From assembly GCA_963691875.1 (NCBI GenBank), contig OY829846.1, positions 3,904,001-3,968,000 of the forward strand: a stretch of DNA of 64,000 nucleotides. The letters run 5' to 3'. The translations under genes and the position numbers were made by a program. How positions within the stretch are numbered: the first letter of the stretch is position 1; every line of letters starts with the position of its first letter. Below, in pieces: positions 29,563-40,574 of this stretch. This DNA comes from Aureliella sp. (lineage in GTDB: Bacteria; Planctomycetota; Planctomycetia; Pirellulales; Pirellulaceae). Under the pieces are notes generated by a model. It made no database searches and was not told where the DNA came from. It saw only the letters and a list, made by a program, of their open reading frames with translations.

Positions 29563-30807
29563 CTAAGCAGCTTCTTCGTAGGAAACCGACTGGCGGACCA
29601 AACTGCCGTCGAAGCAGGCCAAATATTTATCTGCGACATGCCGCCAGCCGTAATTCTGCATACCGATTCGAGATCGTAAAGCTGCGGCTGCAGACTCCTC
29701 TGGTGCATCAAGGATTGTCATTATTGCATCGCGGATTTCATAGCAGCAGCGAGGATTGAAGGTCTGTGCCTCGACGCCCAAAACCTGCTTCTGCTCTAAG
29801 AAAGCAGGAATCGCCGACATGGCTACCGGCGTCCCAAGTGACCAGGCATCAAGTCCGCTACCGTTTCCAGCCTCATAAAGCGACGAATTGACGACTACCT
29901 TCGCGTTAGCGGTCAGAACTTGTACCTCTAGATCGCTTCGCAAACCGAGACTTTGAACCGCGCCCGACTGGTGATAGTCGAGATAGAACGGATTGTTTAC
30001 GTTGCCGCGGATCTCTTCTGTCCCTGATCCTGCGAGGACCAGAGACATACTCGGCCTCTCCTTCGAGATATAATGAAATGCGGAAAGGAGCTGCCCAAGA
30101 TTCTTATGTGGCGAAGCGTTGTTCAAGCTCAGGATGTAGTCGCCATTGATTCCCATCGAGTGCAGAATTTCTTTTTGTCTGCATTCATCCAACGCATCGT
30201 TCTGCCCCAAATTGGACAAGTGGATGACTCTTGGAATCCTGGGACAGCGTGGAAAGGCATGGACGAGCTCGTCAGCAATGAACTGAGTCGACACGATAGG
30301 AAACGCGTTCGCCAACCACCGCTCATGCTGCTGCCAAGAGTTTTGACGTTCGGTCGGGTCACCAACAAAGCTACCCGTAAAATGCAGGTAGTTGAGATCA
30401 TGCGGAACGAAAAAAGCGGGGCAATCAAGAATCGGACAATCAATCCCATACGGCCACGCAAATAGGGCACAATCGTAGGAATTGATTTGTGCGATCCATC
30501 TTCGATAGCTCAATGATGTGAGTATCTCTTTTGATCTTGCTGCTAGTCGCCTAAGCGGCTGGCGATACCTTGAAGAAACGAGCGGAGGCATTTCCCTAAC
30601 TTCCGCTCCTAAACTTTCTAACAGATGCTGCGGAGATTCACTCTTGCACACTTTCCGAACTGAGCGGCCCAGAAACACCGTCACTTGCATTGACTTACGA
30701 GCAGTCTTCAACCCTGCCACAAGTCGGCAGACGTACCGCCAGCCGCCTGTCGAGGTGTTCTGCAACACGATTGCAAGTCGCCGAACTGATGCGCGTGAGT
30801 CCACCAC
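29563..30807 (-). CDS. Glycosyltransferase family 4
   Basis: VPHDLN, SPHKNL, SSLYEAGNGSGLDAWSLGTPVAMSAIP. Confidence 0.88.
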   Translation of the reverse strand: MVDSRASVRRLAIVLQNTSTGGWRYVCRLVAGLKTARKSMQVTVFLGRSVRKVCKSESPQHLLESLGAEVREMPPLVSSRYRQPLRRLAARSKEILTSLSYRRWIAQINSYDCALFAWPYGIDCPILDCPAFFVPHDLNYLHFTGSFVGDPTERQNSWQQHERWLANAFPIVSTQFIADELVHAFPRCPRIPRVIHLSNLGQNDALDECRQKEILHSMGINGDYILSLNNASPHKNLGQLLSAFHYISKERPSMSLVLAGSGTEEIRGNVNNPFYLDYHQSGAVQSLGLRSDLEVQVLTANAKVVVNSSLYEAGNGSGLDAWSLGTPVAMSAIPAFLEQKQVLGVEAQTFNPRCCYEIRDAIMTILDAPEESAAAALRSRIGMQNYGWRHVADKYLACFDGSLVRQSVSYEEAA

Positions 30808-30856
30808 TTGATTGTCCGTGAATGTTTCTTGCTCTGCAGAGGAGCACGAGTGATGA

Positions 30857-32014
30857 CTAGGCGACTTTTCTGAAGGACGTCGTACTGGAACTCGCTTTGC
30901 GAATCAGCGACGCGATCCGGTCGATTTCGCTACTGCTCAAATCGTTGTACGTGGGCAGCATCAACCCTGTGGACGCAAGTTGGTTGGTTTCGTCCAATCT
31001 TTGGCCCTGCTGACTCGCTTCTTTGGCGAACGGGGGCAAGCTATGCAAAGGGTAAAAGAAGGGACGTGAATCGATCCCTTCCTCGCTGAGCGTATGAATC
31101 AGCTCGTCTCGCGTCATTCCGAATTCGCTGGGCTGAACAGTAATGCTGTACAGCCATGGCGCGATCTTTGCCCATGACGCAACTGGCTGGAACCCAATCC
31201 CTTTGATACCGCTCAAAGCTGCACCATATTGAGCAAAAATAGCTTCTCGCTTGTAAAGGATCTCGTCACGGCGTTCGAGTTGGGCACACAGCATCGCACA
31301 TGCAATGTTGGTCAGCCGAAAGTTGTACCCCGTGATCGGAAAGTAGTACCGGCGTTTGGGATCCATTCCTTGACCGCGCAGCATTTTTAAACGAATAGAA
31401 AGCTGGGAATCGTTCAGTGTGACAGCACCGCCCTCGCCGCAGGTAAATATTTTATTTCCGAAGAAGGAGAATGTCGAAACCGTTCCAAGTCCACCAACAG
31501 GCCTTCCCTTGTATTCTGCAAAATGAGCTTCGGCTGCATCCTCAACTACCCACAAGCCATGCATTGCGGCAAACTCATTGATCGCATCCATATCAGCAGG
31601 GTGCCCAAGCAAATGGACTGCGACAATTCCACGTGTGCGCGGACTGATCGCCTCTTCTAAAGCAGCTGGAGAAATACACCAGGTGTCGGGATCAACGTCG
31701 ACAAAAACAGGCTCCGCCCCACAGTACCGAACCGCGTTTGCTGTCGCGATGTAGGTCATCGAAGGCACAATGACTTCATCTCCGGGTCTTAGTCCCAGAC
31801 CTAACATGGCCAGATGAAGCGCAACTGTACCGTTGGAGCACGATAGCGCATAATTGCTACCGCACATCTCAGCGAAGCGAGACTCAAATTGGTCTACGTA
31901 CTTGCCTGAGGAAGAAATCCAGGAGCTGCGGATCGCGTCCACAACGTATTCTTCTTCATTTCCTGAAACGTCTGCCGACGCGACGGGTATTGAATCCACC
32001 AACTTGACCTCCAT
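30857..32014 (-). CDS. DegT/DnrJ/EryC1/StrS aminotransferase (perosamine-synthase-like)
   Basis: SNGTVALHLA, VVEDAAEAH, FSFFGNKIFTCGEGG (PLP Lys), GYNFRLTN. Start could be 32014 or slightly downstream. Confidence 0.93.
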   Translation of the reverse strand: MEVKLVDSIPVASADVSGNEEEYVVDAIRSSWISSSGKYVDQFESRFAEMCGSNYALSCSNGTVALHLAMLGLGLRPGDEVIVPSMTYIATANAVRYCGAEPVFVDVDPDTWCISPAALEEAISPRTRGIVAVHLLGHPADMDAINEFAAMHGLWVVEDAAEAHFAEYKGRPVGGLGTVSTFSFFGNKIFTCGEGGAVTLNDSQLSIRLKMLRGQGMDPKRRYYFPITGYNFRLTNIACAMLCAQLERRDEILYKREAIFAQYGAALSGIKGIGFQPVASWAKIAPWLYSITVQPSEFGMTRDELIHTLSEEGIDSRPFFYPLHSLPPFAKEASQQGQRLDETNQLASTGLMLPTYNDLSSSEIDRIASLIRKASSSTTSFRKVA

Positions 32015-32138
32015 GCAAATTGAGTAGTGCGACCAAAGAAAATATCGCAACTAACCGAATAGATCAATATCAATCATCGAGATTAGGAATGCGAGTATCA
32101 CACCGCTTGATACAAGACGCAAACCCTTGGAAGCAGGC

Positions 32139-34094
32139 CTAGGCAGCTCTGCGAGTGAGATGCGGAGCCTCGATGAGACGTCCATCCTGAATTTCGAAGA
32201 CGCGATCTGCCAATTCGAGGAGTTTCTCACGGTGCGTGATGATGATCATAGTTCGATCGCCACGGTGTTCAGTCAGAGCCTCACGAATTGCCTGCTCACT
32301 AGCCATATCGATCTGGCTTGTCGCTTCGTCCAGAATCAGAATCTCTGGATCGCAGAGTAGTGCACGAGCTAAAGCGATTCTCTGCCGCTGGCCTCCGCTA
32401 AGTCGATTGCCGTTCTGGCCAACGCGTGTTTCGTAACCTTCGCTCAACACGGTCGAGATAAAGTCGTGAGCTTGGGCCGCCTTGGCCGCTGCAATCACTT
32501 CTTTATCCGATGCATCGGGGCGACCATATCGAATGTTGTAGCTAACACTCTCGTCAAAAAGGTCGGTATGCTGAGTCACGAGACCAATCCGACCACGAAT
32601 ATCGTCGATTCTCATGTCTCGAAAGTCCACACCATCAAGAGTTAGAGAGCCCCGGTTCGGGTCGTAGAAACGATTGAGCAAGTGAATCAACGTCGACTTT
32701 CCACTTCCATTGTGGCCGACAATCGCAATGGTCGATCCGAAAGGAACTGACAAACTCATGTCTTGAAGAATTGGTGTGTCTTCCTTGTAGCCAAAATGAA
32801 GGTCATGGAACGCCAGTTCACGGTGAGGAACCTCAACAGACTTAGACTCTCTAGGACTCTCAATCAGATTTTTGCGATCCAAGATTCCGAAGATTGCGTC
32901 AGCGGCCATCGAGCCAGCGTAGATCGAGGAGTAGACAGCTGAGAGTTTACGAAGCGGGTCACTCACACCAATCAACATCCCAAAGAACACAAGCAATGCA
33001 GAAACAGTCAATTGCTCTTCACTGATAGGAATACCCAGTATCGAAGTCTCTTGGTTCAGGACGAGATAGGCCCCGCCAATGATCGTAGTACCCAGCATTC
33101 CTAAACCAAGAAACTCGATGATTGGCTTTGAGAGCGAAGTGTAGAAAACAAACTTGAGCCCAAAGTCGCGAACCGCCTCGGTAGCATCACCAAAACGCTG
33201 CGACTCTCGTTGCTCCATTCCAAATGCTTGAATCGTATTGATGTTTCCCAAGCCTTCAAGCATCACGCTGTGATAGTTGGATGCCTTCTCAAGTTGAGTC
33301 TTCGCAACCGATCGCAGCCGCTTGGTGACGTAGTACAACAGCAAACCCACTACCGGTGCAACGATGATACTCATCAGCAGCAGCCGCCAGCAAATGATGC
33401 CGGCACCCACTAAACAGGAGATCATTTTGAGAGGCTCACGCATGGCCCCTCCGAGCATGCTAATCATCCCATTAGAGAGCATGTCAGACGTGTGGGCGAT
33501 GTTTGCCGTGAAAGTTCCTGTACCATGCTCTGAATAGCCTTTGCGATCCATGAACAGAGCTTTGTCGTAAACATTCATGCGTAAAGTACGAGAGACATTG
33601 AGAGCAACCCGCCCGACTAAGACCTCGCCACCGATCAAGAAAACATGCTTGACCAAAGTGGACAGAATCAACAGCCCAACAAGCAATGCTATCGTTTCAA
33701 AAGGATCGTTAGGAACGAAGTTCTTGATCCACCAGCTCATTGTTCGATACCACTCGCGCTTCCTGAGAGCATCGACTAGTTCTTCTTTGGCTGCACGAGC
33801 CGACTGCTGAGAACGTTCAGCTAATTCGGGATCGACTTGGTCGACATTTACAGACCGTGCTAGATGATCGGTCCAAAGGATTTGAGAAGCGTTTACGGAT
33901 TGTTCGTAACGTTCGATTTCTTCGTCAATCCAGGTATGCATTGACTTCCCGTCAATCGTTACCTCAAGAATTGGATAGAAGGCACCTATATTCGCGCCCC
34001 ATAGACCGGCTACCGCAAACGAGCAGATCGTCGCGATGAGCAAGCTAGGCCAGAATTTCAACGCACCTCGTAAAGCGCGAAAGAAGTTCTTCAT
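32139..34094 (-). CDS. ABC exporter, fused permease + ATPase (MsbA-like)
   Basis: TM domain, Walker A GHNGSGKST, signature LSGGQRQR, Walker B ILILDEATS. Confidence 0.93.
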   Translation of the reverse strand: MKNFFRALRGALKFWPSLLIATICSFAVAGLWGANIGAFYPILEVTIDGKSMHTWIDEEIERYEQSVNASQILWTDHLARSVNVDQVDPELAERSQQSARAAKEELVDALRKREWYRTMSWWIKNFVPNDPFETIALLVGLLILSTLVKHVFLIGGEVLVGRVALNVSRTLRMNVYDKALFMDRKGYSEHGTGTFTANIAHTSDMLSNGMISMLGGAMREPLKMISCLVGAGIICWRLLLMSIIVAPVVGLLLYYVTKRLRSVAKTQLEKASNYHSVMLEGLGNINTIQAFGMEQRESQRFGDATEAVRDFGLKFVFYTSLSKPIIEFLGLGMLGTTIIGGAYLVLNQETSILGIPISEEQLTVSALLVFFGMLIGVSDPLRKLSAVYSSIYAGSMAADAIFGILDRKNLIESPRESKSVEVPHRELAFHDLHFGYKEDTPILQDMSLSVPFGSTIAIVGHNGSGKSTLIHLLNRFYDPNRGSLTLDGVDFRDMRIDDIRGRIGLVTQHTDLFDESVSYNIRYGRPDASDKEVIAAAKAAQAHDFISTVLSEGYETRVGQNGNRLSGGQRQRIALARALLCDPEILILDEATSQIDMASEQAIREALTEHRGDRTMIIITHREKLLELADRVFEIQDGRLIEAPHLTRRAA

Positions 34095-34359
34095 GCATCA
34101 ATACCCAATGTGCTCTGGCGAAATGAGACCATCGGCGGCGGCACTTTCGCAAGTGGCAACGCAAACCCGTTCCAGTCGTAAGTTGGGATGTTTACACAAT
34201 CACCAATCCGAATACCAGATCAGTACTTCGACCGTCGGTGCAAAATGACTCTCAACAGTGCTAGCAAATCTTTTCGTGTCTCCCTTTCAGCCCGAACCCA
34301 CGACAAGCCAACTACGCTGTATCACCGCATTCGAATCGTCCCGGGCAAAAACCGCCTTG

Positions 34360-36855
34360 TTACTTCCGGAAAATATCGCTTCGGACAATGGCTTCGATCA
34401 AACTTTTCAAGGAATAGCCTTCGTCCGCTAGCGGCTCAAGGATGCCATCGATGGCAGCGCGATCGCTGGGCTCCATGCGCCTACCCAATGCGTGCGTCAG
34501 CAACTTGGCAGTTAGATTTCGAGCAAAGAATTTCTGTCGCTCCAACAACAACTGCTTGAGCTCTCCAAGCCCTGAGAATTTGGAACCGCCTGGAAGCTCA
34601 CCAGAAGTGTCGATACGCTCCTTGCGCCGAGAGTCGTAAAACGCGCGCTCCCGACCAATTGCATCAAAGGACTCCAATGCAAAGCCCAGTGGATCGATCT
34701 TGCGATGACACTGATTACAAGTGTCGCTCTCCCGGTGTTTGTTGAAAAGATCGCGGATTGACTTCGCTCCGCGTACATCAGGATCAATTGCCGGTACATC
34801 ATCTGGTGGCGGAGGTGTAGGTGTCCCCAAAATGTTCTCAAGCATCCACACACCGCGTACCACCGGAGAAGTGTCGATCCCATTGGCGGATACGGTATGG
34901 ATACTTGATTGCCCGAGCAATCCTCCGCGACTTTCCTTAGCTGAATCTCCAAATTCGATGCGGCGAAATTCGTGGGCAGCGGCAGCGGGGACTTGTTCCA
35001 CCACACCGTAGAGCTTGGCAAGATCACGGTTCACAAAAGAATGCTTGGCGCTCAGTAGCTCAGCTACCGGTCTGTTCTGGTCAAGGATCTCCCGGAAGAA
35101 CAAACGCGTTTCCTGCTTGCTATCCACCTCCAAATTCGCGGCATAGTAAAACCAGAAATCCCCTTCGTCGGGTGGCATGCTCCCAAGTGAGCGCAAGGCC
35201 AGCCAGCTATCTAAGAAATCTGCGATGAAGGCATCCGATACCTTGCTACTCAGAAGTCGACGGGCTTCAGCGAGCAACGTCGATTCTCGCCGCAATTTTC
35301 CGTTCGCAGCCAGCTGCAAAAGTTGTTCATCAGGCATCGTGGAGGTAAGGAAGTAGGCCAGTCTCTCTGCCAGGGCAAAATCGGATTCCGTACCCAATTC
35401 CGATTTCTGAAAGTAAAGGAACTCGGGTGAACACAGAATGGATTTCAACGTGTCTTGGAACGCTTTCTCAACCGATCGCCCCAATTCGCGCCGCTTCTTC
35501 CAAAAGTTCACGAGATCTTGCACTTCCTGCGACTCCACGTCACGCCGGAACGCGCGTCTCGCAAAACCCTCCAAGCGATCTGAGACCTGTCCTGTTGAAA
35601 GTGACGCGGCATCCAGCAACAGACTTCGACTGCGATTTGGCCATTGATAGTTAATCGGCCCTTTGATCTCGACTTCCGAAATACGGATATGCGGAATCTG
35701 GGCGTGTTGAATCAACGCGATGCGCTGCAGGAAAATCCCTTTCTCGCTTCGAATCTTCTCTGGAAGCCTGTCCTTGTCATAACGATAGAGCCTTCCGACC
35801 ATACCGCGAAAGTCATGATGACCGTTCTCAAAGGTAAAACGCGGTGCGAACCCGCGATCCAGTGGCACCTCGAACCGATACCACTGGAACTCGTCGCCTG
35901 AAACGAGCCGTTCCGCGAGCAACGGTTGAATTGGCTGGCGATGCACCATATCCTCGATCCGCGTATCGCCAGGACGAATTCCAAGCCGAAAAGGCTCTGC
36001 CAGATCGAGCTTCAACGCTTTGGCACTATAAGGCGTATCTAAGTGCATAGCTTTTGCCAAGACACGTACTTCGTAAACACCGGCTACAGGTACACCTTGC
36101 TTAAAGTTTGAGATTGGACCATAGCCGCCTTCGATTTTATCGTTGAAGGGATGATCATAGAGGCAGAGATAGCGGTTGTTGAATGCTTTCTTATGGCCTG
36201 ACGACAATTCAGCTTGCTGATAAAAATCACCTTTGAAACTCCAACTCTGCTCCTCCGGTTTCGCAGAAACTTCAAAAGCCTTCTCGACGCTCAGCTCGGC
36301 CGCCTTGAAGTAGCTCTCAAGGAGATGAGCTGACATCACTTGCGTATCACCGATCGTATCGAAGCTCTCCGGAGCATCCCTGGGAAATTCAATACTTGGA
36401 TCGAACATTGTCATATCGATGCCAAGCAGATCTCGGACAGTGTTTCGATACTCGCGTTGATTCAGACGACGCAATACCGTTCGACTACCCGTGCTTTGCG
36501 TTTCTTGCCGCATAGCCTGTAGACGATTCGTCAGTTTTCGAATTCCTTGAAGGCGCTCTTCGGCAGTTGGTTGCTCCGCATCATCGGGAGGCATTGTCTT
36601 GAGTGTCAGTTGGTCAATGGCATCTTGCAAGAGAAGCTGCGAGTCAAAGTCCGACTTGGAAAAGTCCAGGCTTTCTAGATCACGCTGCCCATCGGGCTCA
36701 GAGCCCTGGTGACAATCCACGCAGTAGCGGGTTAAGAACGCTTTGCCATTTGAATCCAGTTCGTCAGAGCCAAATACAACCGATGCGCTAACAAACGATA
36801 CGAACAGCGCGGCTAGCCAGACCGCAAGCTTCAACACATACATGCTAGGCACCAT
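34360..36855 (-). CDS. DUF1592/DUF1588-family planctomycete cytochrome-c-like protein
   Basis: Signal peptide, CVDCH, RRLNQREYRNTVRDLLG, LAERLAYFL..MPD, TSPVVRGVW, CNQCHRKIDPLGF. Confidence 0.92.
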   Translation of the reverse strand: MVPSMYVLKLAVWLAALFVSFVSASVVFGSDELDSNGKAFLTRYCVDCHQGSEPDGQRDLESLDFSKSDFDSQLLLQDAIDQLTLKTMPPDDAEQPTAEERLQGIRKLTNRLQAMRQETQSTGSRTVLRRLNQREYRNTVRDLLGIDMTMFDPSIEFPRDAPESFDTIGDTQVMSAHLLESYFKAAELSVEKAFEVSAKPEEQSWSFKGDFYQQAELSSGHKKAFNNRYLCLYDHPFNDKIEGGYGPISNFKQGVPVAGVYEVRVLAKAMHLDTPYSAKALKLDLAEPFRLGIRPGDTRIEDMVHRQPIQPLLAERLVSGDEFQWYRFEVPLDRGFAPRFTFENGHHDFRGMVGRLYRYDKDRLPEKIRSEKGIFLQRIALIQHAQIPHIRISEVEIKGPINYQWPNRSRSLLLDAASLSTGQVSDRLEGFARRAFRRDVESQEVQDLVNFWKKRRELGRSVEKAFQDTLKSILCSPEFLYFQKSELGTESDFALAERLAYFLTSTMPDEQLLQLAANGKLRRESTLLAEARRLLSSKVSDAFIADFLDSWLALRSLGSMPPDEGDFWFYYAANLEVDSKQETRLFFREILDQNRPVAELLSAKHSFVNRDLAKLYGVVEQVPAAAAHEFRRIEFGDSAKESRGGLLGQSSIHTVSANGIDTSPVVRGVWMLENILGTPTPPPPDDVPAIDPDVRGAKSIRDLFNKHRESDTCNQCHRKIDPLGFALESFDAIGRERAFYDSRRKERIDTSGELPGGSKFSGLGELKQLLLERQKFFARNLTAKLLTHALGRRMEPSDRAAIDGILEPLADEGYSLKSLIEAIVRSDIFRK

Positions 36856-38171
36856 TACGAAAGGCCTCGCAACGTGCCGGTGCTCGTGGCGAAGTGATCT
36901 GCCTCGGCTCCAAACTCTTGAAGCATCGAAACGTATAGATTGGTCAGTGGCGGTCTTCCTAAAGCTTTGGCATCAAAACTCAATTGCTTGCCGTGATTCC
37001 AGCTGCCTCCAGCTAGAACGACCGGCAGATTCGAATTGGTGTGGGAGTTCGCGTTGCCCATACCGCTACCGAATAACACACTCGTTTGACTCAACAGGCT
37101 ACTTTCACCTTCCGCAGCCTCTGCCAACTTGCCAAGAAATCGCGCAAACTGATGGATCTGATATTCCTCGATTTGAACCAGAGAGTCGATAGCGGCTTGG
37201 CGGTGTCCGTGGTGGGATAAGCTATGGTAGCCTCCCTTGATGCCAAGATCTTTAGGATTGAAGTCTCCTCCGATCTCTAACGTTGCAATGCGCGTCGAAT
37301 CCGTTTGCAGCGCGAGCAAGACCAAGTCGTATAACAACGGCAGATCTTCTACCATGTTTCGATTCTTGGGCTCTGCCAGAGGTGCCTTCGGCTTTGGTCG
37401 ATCTACCCAATCGCGCCTCAGTTCGATCCGCTTTTCAACTTCACGAACGGAAGTCATGTACTCGTCCAACTTGTGCCGATCCGCCGTATTCAGTTGCTTC
37501 TCCAGCTGTTTTGATTGCCCTAGAACTTCATCAAGGATTGAAGACTGGAGTTCAAACCTCTCTGCCTCTTTTAACTTGTCAGATTCACTCGTACCGACAA
37601 AGAGCTTGCGAAACAACTCTTGTGGGCCAGTGATAGGAGGCACTCGGGTGCCACTACGCGTCCAAGAAAGTTGGCACCCACCGTGGATGCCAGATTCACT
37701 GCCAATCGTCAGGGTTGGAAAACGAGTTTGTCCCGGAATGAACTCGGCTGCGTATTGATCCAAAGTCATATTGGTTGTGGGCATCGACTTCGCGTCGATT
37801 TGCCGAACGCCCGACAAGAAAGCATGGATCGCAAAATGACCACCACTTAGCCCGTGATCAAGTCCTTCAATTAGCGTGAAATTCTGCTTTTGCGATTCCA
37901 GTGCCTTGCAGGTCGCCCCGAGCTCATAGTTGTTGCGAGTCACCAAGGATTGCCGCTTCGCTCCACTTTGACCGCTTTTCGAAACCGCGGACACAGGCCA
38001 GAAAGACTTCGGGTAAAAGCCCAGCATATTCCCGATGCACACCATGCGCTTGGGCGAGGCGGTGAGAGCAGGTTTTGCGCCAGCTGCTCCCATCGCCGAA
38101 GATGGCAGCAGTGGCAAGCTCAAGGAAACACCTACTGCGCGCAGTACATCACGTCGTCTTGGATTTTTCAT
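36855..38171 (-). CDS. DUF1552 family protein (Tat-exported)
   Basis: RRRDVLRAVGVSLSLPLL Tat-like leader, KLDEYMTSVREVE, ALQTDSTRIAT, YHSLSHH, HTNSNLPVVLAGG; adjacent to its usual DUF1592 partner. Confidence 0.92.
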   Translation of the reverse strand: MKNPRRRDVLRAVGVSLSLPLLPSSAMGAAGAKPALTASPKRMVCIGNMLGFYPKSFWPVSAVSKSGQSGAKRQSLVTRNNYELGATCKALESQKQNFTLIEGLDHGLSGGHFAIHAFLSGVRQIDAKSMPTTNMTLDQYAAEFIPGQTRFPTLTIGSESGIHGGCQLSWTRSGTRVPPITGPQELFRKLFVGTSESDKLKEAERFELQSSILDEVLGQSKQLEKQLNTADRHKLDEYMTSVREVEKRIELRRDWVDRPKPKAPLAEPKNRNMVEDLPLLYDLVLLALQTDSTRIATLEIGGDFNPKDLGIKGGYHSLSHHGHRQAAIDSLVQIEEYQIHQFARFLGKLAEAAEGESSLLSQTSVLFGSGMGNANSHTNSNLPVVLAGGSWNHGKQLSFDAKALGRPPLTNLYVSMLQEFGAEADHFATSTGTLRGLS

Positions 38172-38483
38172 TTCGAGATCCATCGCGAGAAGGAAATACG
38201 GTTATCAAACTGGGGAGGGGATAGATTGGCCACTTTCAAAATCGTCGGCAAATTCACGTTCCACCATCCACTCAATGATAAGTGCTCCATCCGATAAGTT
38301 CCAACCCGCGGCTCGGAAACACAGCCCTGTGGGAATGTCCATACGGAATGACGGTGAGATATCCAAAGTGCAAGTGCAATCCTTGCACTCGTGCAGCTGC
38401 TGGACTGGAAGTGCCAAATGATAAGTTCCTGGTTTCCACCCGCCCGAATCTTGCAACTCGGTAAGTTAACAGCAATCAATGAA

Positions 38484-38690
38484 TCAGCAACGACCACTTG
38501 TTGAATCGGTAACACAACCGATGCCCAGTACGCGTTTGATTTTGGGAGCGCAGGCAACAGCCGCCTGAGTAATCAGCTCCATCGCAAGTGGTGCATCGGT
38601 TGTCGCAACCTGTCCTGTTTCCAGGCAAGAAAACCGCTCTATGTCATTGTCAAAGCGCTCGCGAATCTCGGCGGTTGAGGATTTCTTGCC
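38484..38690 (-). pseudogene. Truncated class I SAM methyltransferase fragment
   Basis: Start-less frame GKKSSTAEIRERFDNDIERFSCLETGQVATTDAPLAMELITQAAV..KRVLGIGC; similarity ends at a degenerate motif I. Confidence 0.7.
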
Positions 38691-38735
38691 GAGAGGAGTT
38701 GGGATTGTTAACTCGAAACAGTCAAAAACAACTGA

Positions 38736-40481
38736 CTACAAATCAAGAATCCAGTCAGACATGAGTTTGAGTGTGGCCGGATCAAACGTCTCTTCAATAT
38801 CCCCGTACTCCGATGGCGAGCCGGTGTTCGCATGTTGGAAGAGATGATTGAGGTCGTCTAGCTCGACAACCTTGTAGTCTTCCGTAGGTGCGGCTTTCAA
38901 AGCCTTCTCAATTGCAGGCAGATTCAAGTCCGGATCGACTTGCAGATCCTTGCTGCCGTTGATGGCAAGTACCGCACAGCTCAGCTTCTCGAGGCTGGTA
39001 GTTGGCTCGTACTGCAAAAAATAGCGCATCCAAGGGCCAGTTAGTTGCGCCGCTGCGGCTTTGGCCGCCGCATTCGCTTCGGCAGAGCCTTCTTTTGCAT
39101 CGGTGAGTTCGACGACGAGTTCCAGCGCCTGTTCGACAAAAGTCTTCTCTACAAGCGGCGGATCTTGTAACGCTAGTTTTAGCAGCTCTCTCTGAAGTGC
39201 GGACTGTTGCTCGATGATTCTTTCTGAAGCTCCACTTGCCTTCAGAATCAAGACCGACTGACTTTTCAAGATCTCTTCACCATTGACTCCGGTGCCAGCC
39301 ATGAGAATCACAAAGGCAAGATCTTTGTCTTTAGCTGCGACCATCGGAGCAATGAGTCCGCCTTCACTGTGACCGCAGATGCCGATGTGCTTGGTATCGA
39401 TCTCAGGCAAAGATCTCAAGTATTCTACTGCAGCGGCGGCATCCGTAGAGAGATCCGTTGAAGTAGCGCTCGTATAGTCGCCTTCTGATTTGCCTACGCC
39501 ACGGTCGTCAAACCGAAGCACCGCAATTCCTTGACGAGAAAAGTGATCGGCGATCACCCAAAACGGCTTATGCCCCGCCAGCGCCTCATCGCGATCCTGA
39601 GGCCCTGAACCGCTGACCATCACCACTGCTGGCTTGAGATCGGCGCCCTGTTTCGGAATCGTCAATGTTCCAGCCAACTTGATGCCGGCAACTTCGTTTT
39701 CGAAGGTGACTTCTTGAACGGTGTAGGGAAAAGGCTCTTGTGGAGTCTGCGGCCGATTAGGCCCCGCAGCGCTCACATCCATTTCAGCCACATCTACTTT
39801 TTCGAGGACGAGCGAAGGCGAAACGAAGCCTTGCTTCCACTTACCTTCTAATTTTTCGCCATCTTCGCTCAGCGCCCCCGTAAAGGTACCTTTTATGCCG
39901 GGTACTTCGAAAACGATCTTTCCATCTTCTTCACTACGCTCGGCGACGAAGCCACCGGCTCGCTGACCAACACTGTCAAAGTAAAGCCTGCCGTCTACAA
40001 GCTCCCGAAATTGCACGTCCAATTTTTGCACCAGAATATTGATCGTGCCTTTCCAAAGTGCTTTCAATTTCTGCTTCGGAAACGCTTCAACTCGACCAAA
40101 CTTCAGAGGCAGCTTAACGGCACCCTGTATCCAATTCCCATCGGCGGATGAGGTATCGCTATCAAGCTTACCTTCAAACCGACCATTAGAGACTTTGATC
40201 AAGAAAGCAAATTCGTCGTCGCTTCTTTTCAGTTCCGCCAAGTCGAACTCAGCGCTGCCTTCGTCAAGGCTTTTCAACTTTCCGTTCCAATCGTCACCGC
40301 TTTTTCTTAGCGTTACTTCGAAACGAAAATGCCGCTGCCCAGCTTCGAGGACGCCAAACCAAAGCTCCTGCGCGGTGGCTTGCTCAGCTTCTTGAGCTTG
40401 AATGGACGCCAAGCCAAACGCCGATGCACATATCAGCAAAAAAAATGATCTGATGTGGTAGGTTCGCAGAACTTCAAGCAT
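38736..40481 (-). CDS. Secreted alpha/beta hydrolase (aminopeptidase/esterase-like) with N-terminal beta domains
   Basis: SGSGPQDRDE, DDRGVG, GHSEGG nucleophile, GSKDLQV, LNHLFQ. Confidence 0.9.
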   Translation of the reverse strand: MLEVLRTYHIRSFFLLICASAFGLASIQAQEAEQATAQELWFGVLEAGQRHFRFEVTLRKSGDDWNGKLKSLDEGSAEFDLAELKRSDDEFAFLIKVSNGRFEGKLDSDTSSADGNWIQGAVKLPLKFGRVEAFPKQKLKALWKGTINILVQKLDVQFRELVDGRLYFDSVGQRAGGFVAERSEEDGKIVFEVPGIKGTFTGALSEDGEKLEGKWKQGFVSPSLVLEKVDVAEMDVSAAGPNRPQTPQEPFPYTVQEVTFENEVAGIKLAGTLTIPKQGADLKPAVVMVSGSGPQDRDEALAGHKPFWVIADHFSRQGIAVLRFDDRGVGKSEGDYTSATSTDLSTDAAAAVEYLRSLPEIDTKHIGICGHSEGGLIAPMVAAKDKDLAFVILMAGTGVNGEEILKSQSVLILKASGASERIIEQQSALQRELLKLALQDPPLVEKTFVEQALELVVELTDAKEGSAEANAAAKAAAAQLTGPWMRYFLQYEPTTSLEKLSCAVLAINGSKDLQVDPDLNLPAIEKALKAAPTEDYKVVELDDLNHLFQHANTGSPSEYGDIEETFDPATLKLMSDWILDL

Positions 40482-40574
40482 GAATGGACTTTCCTTGAAA
40501 CTTCTTAATCATTGGTTCGAAACGGATCCGGTCGCAAGCACAAGTCGCGTCTTCGACAAAGATCTTGTCGTGGT

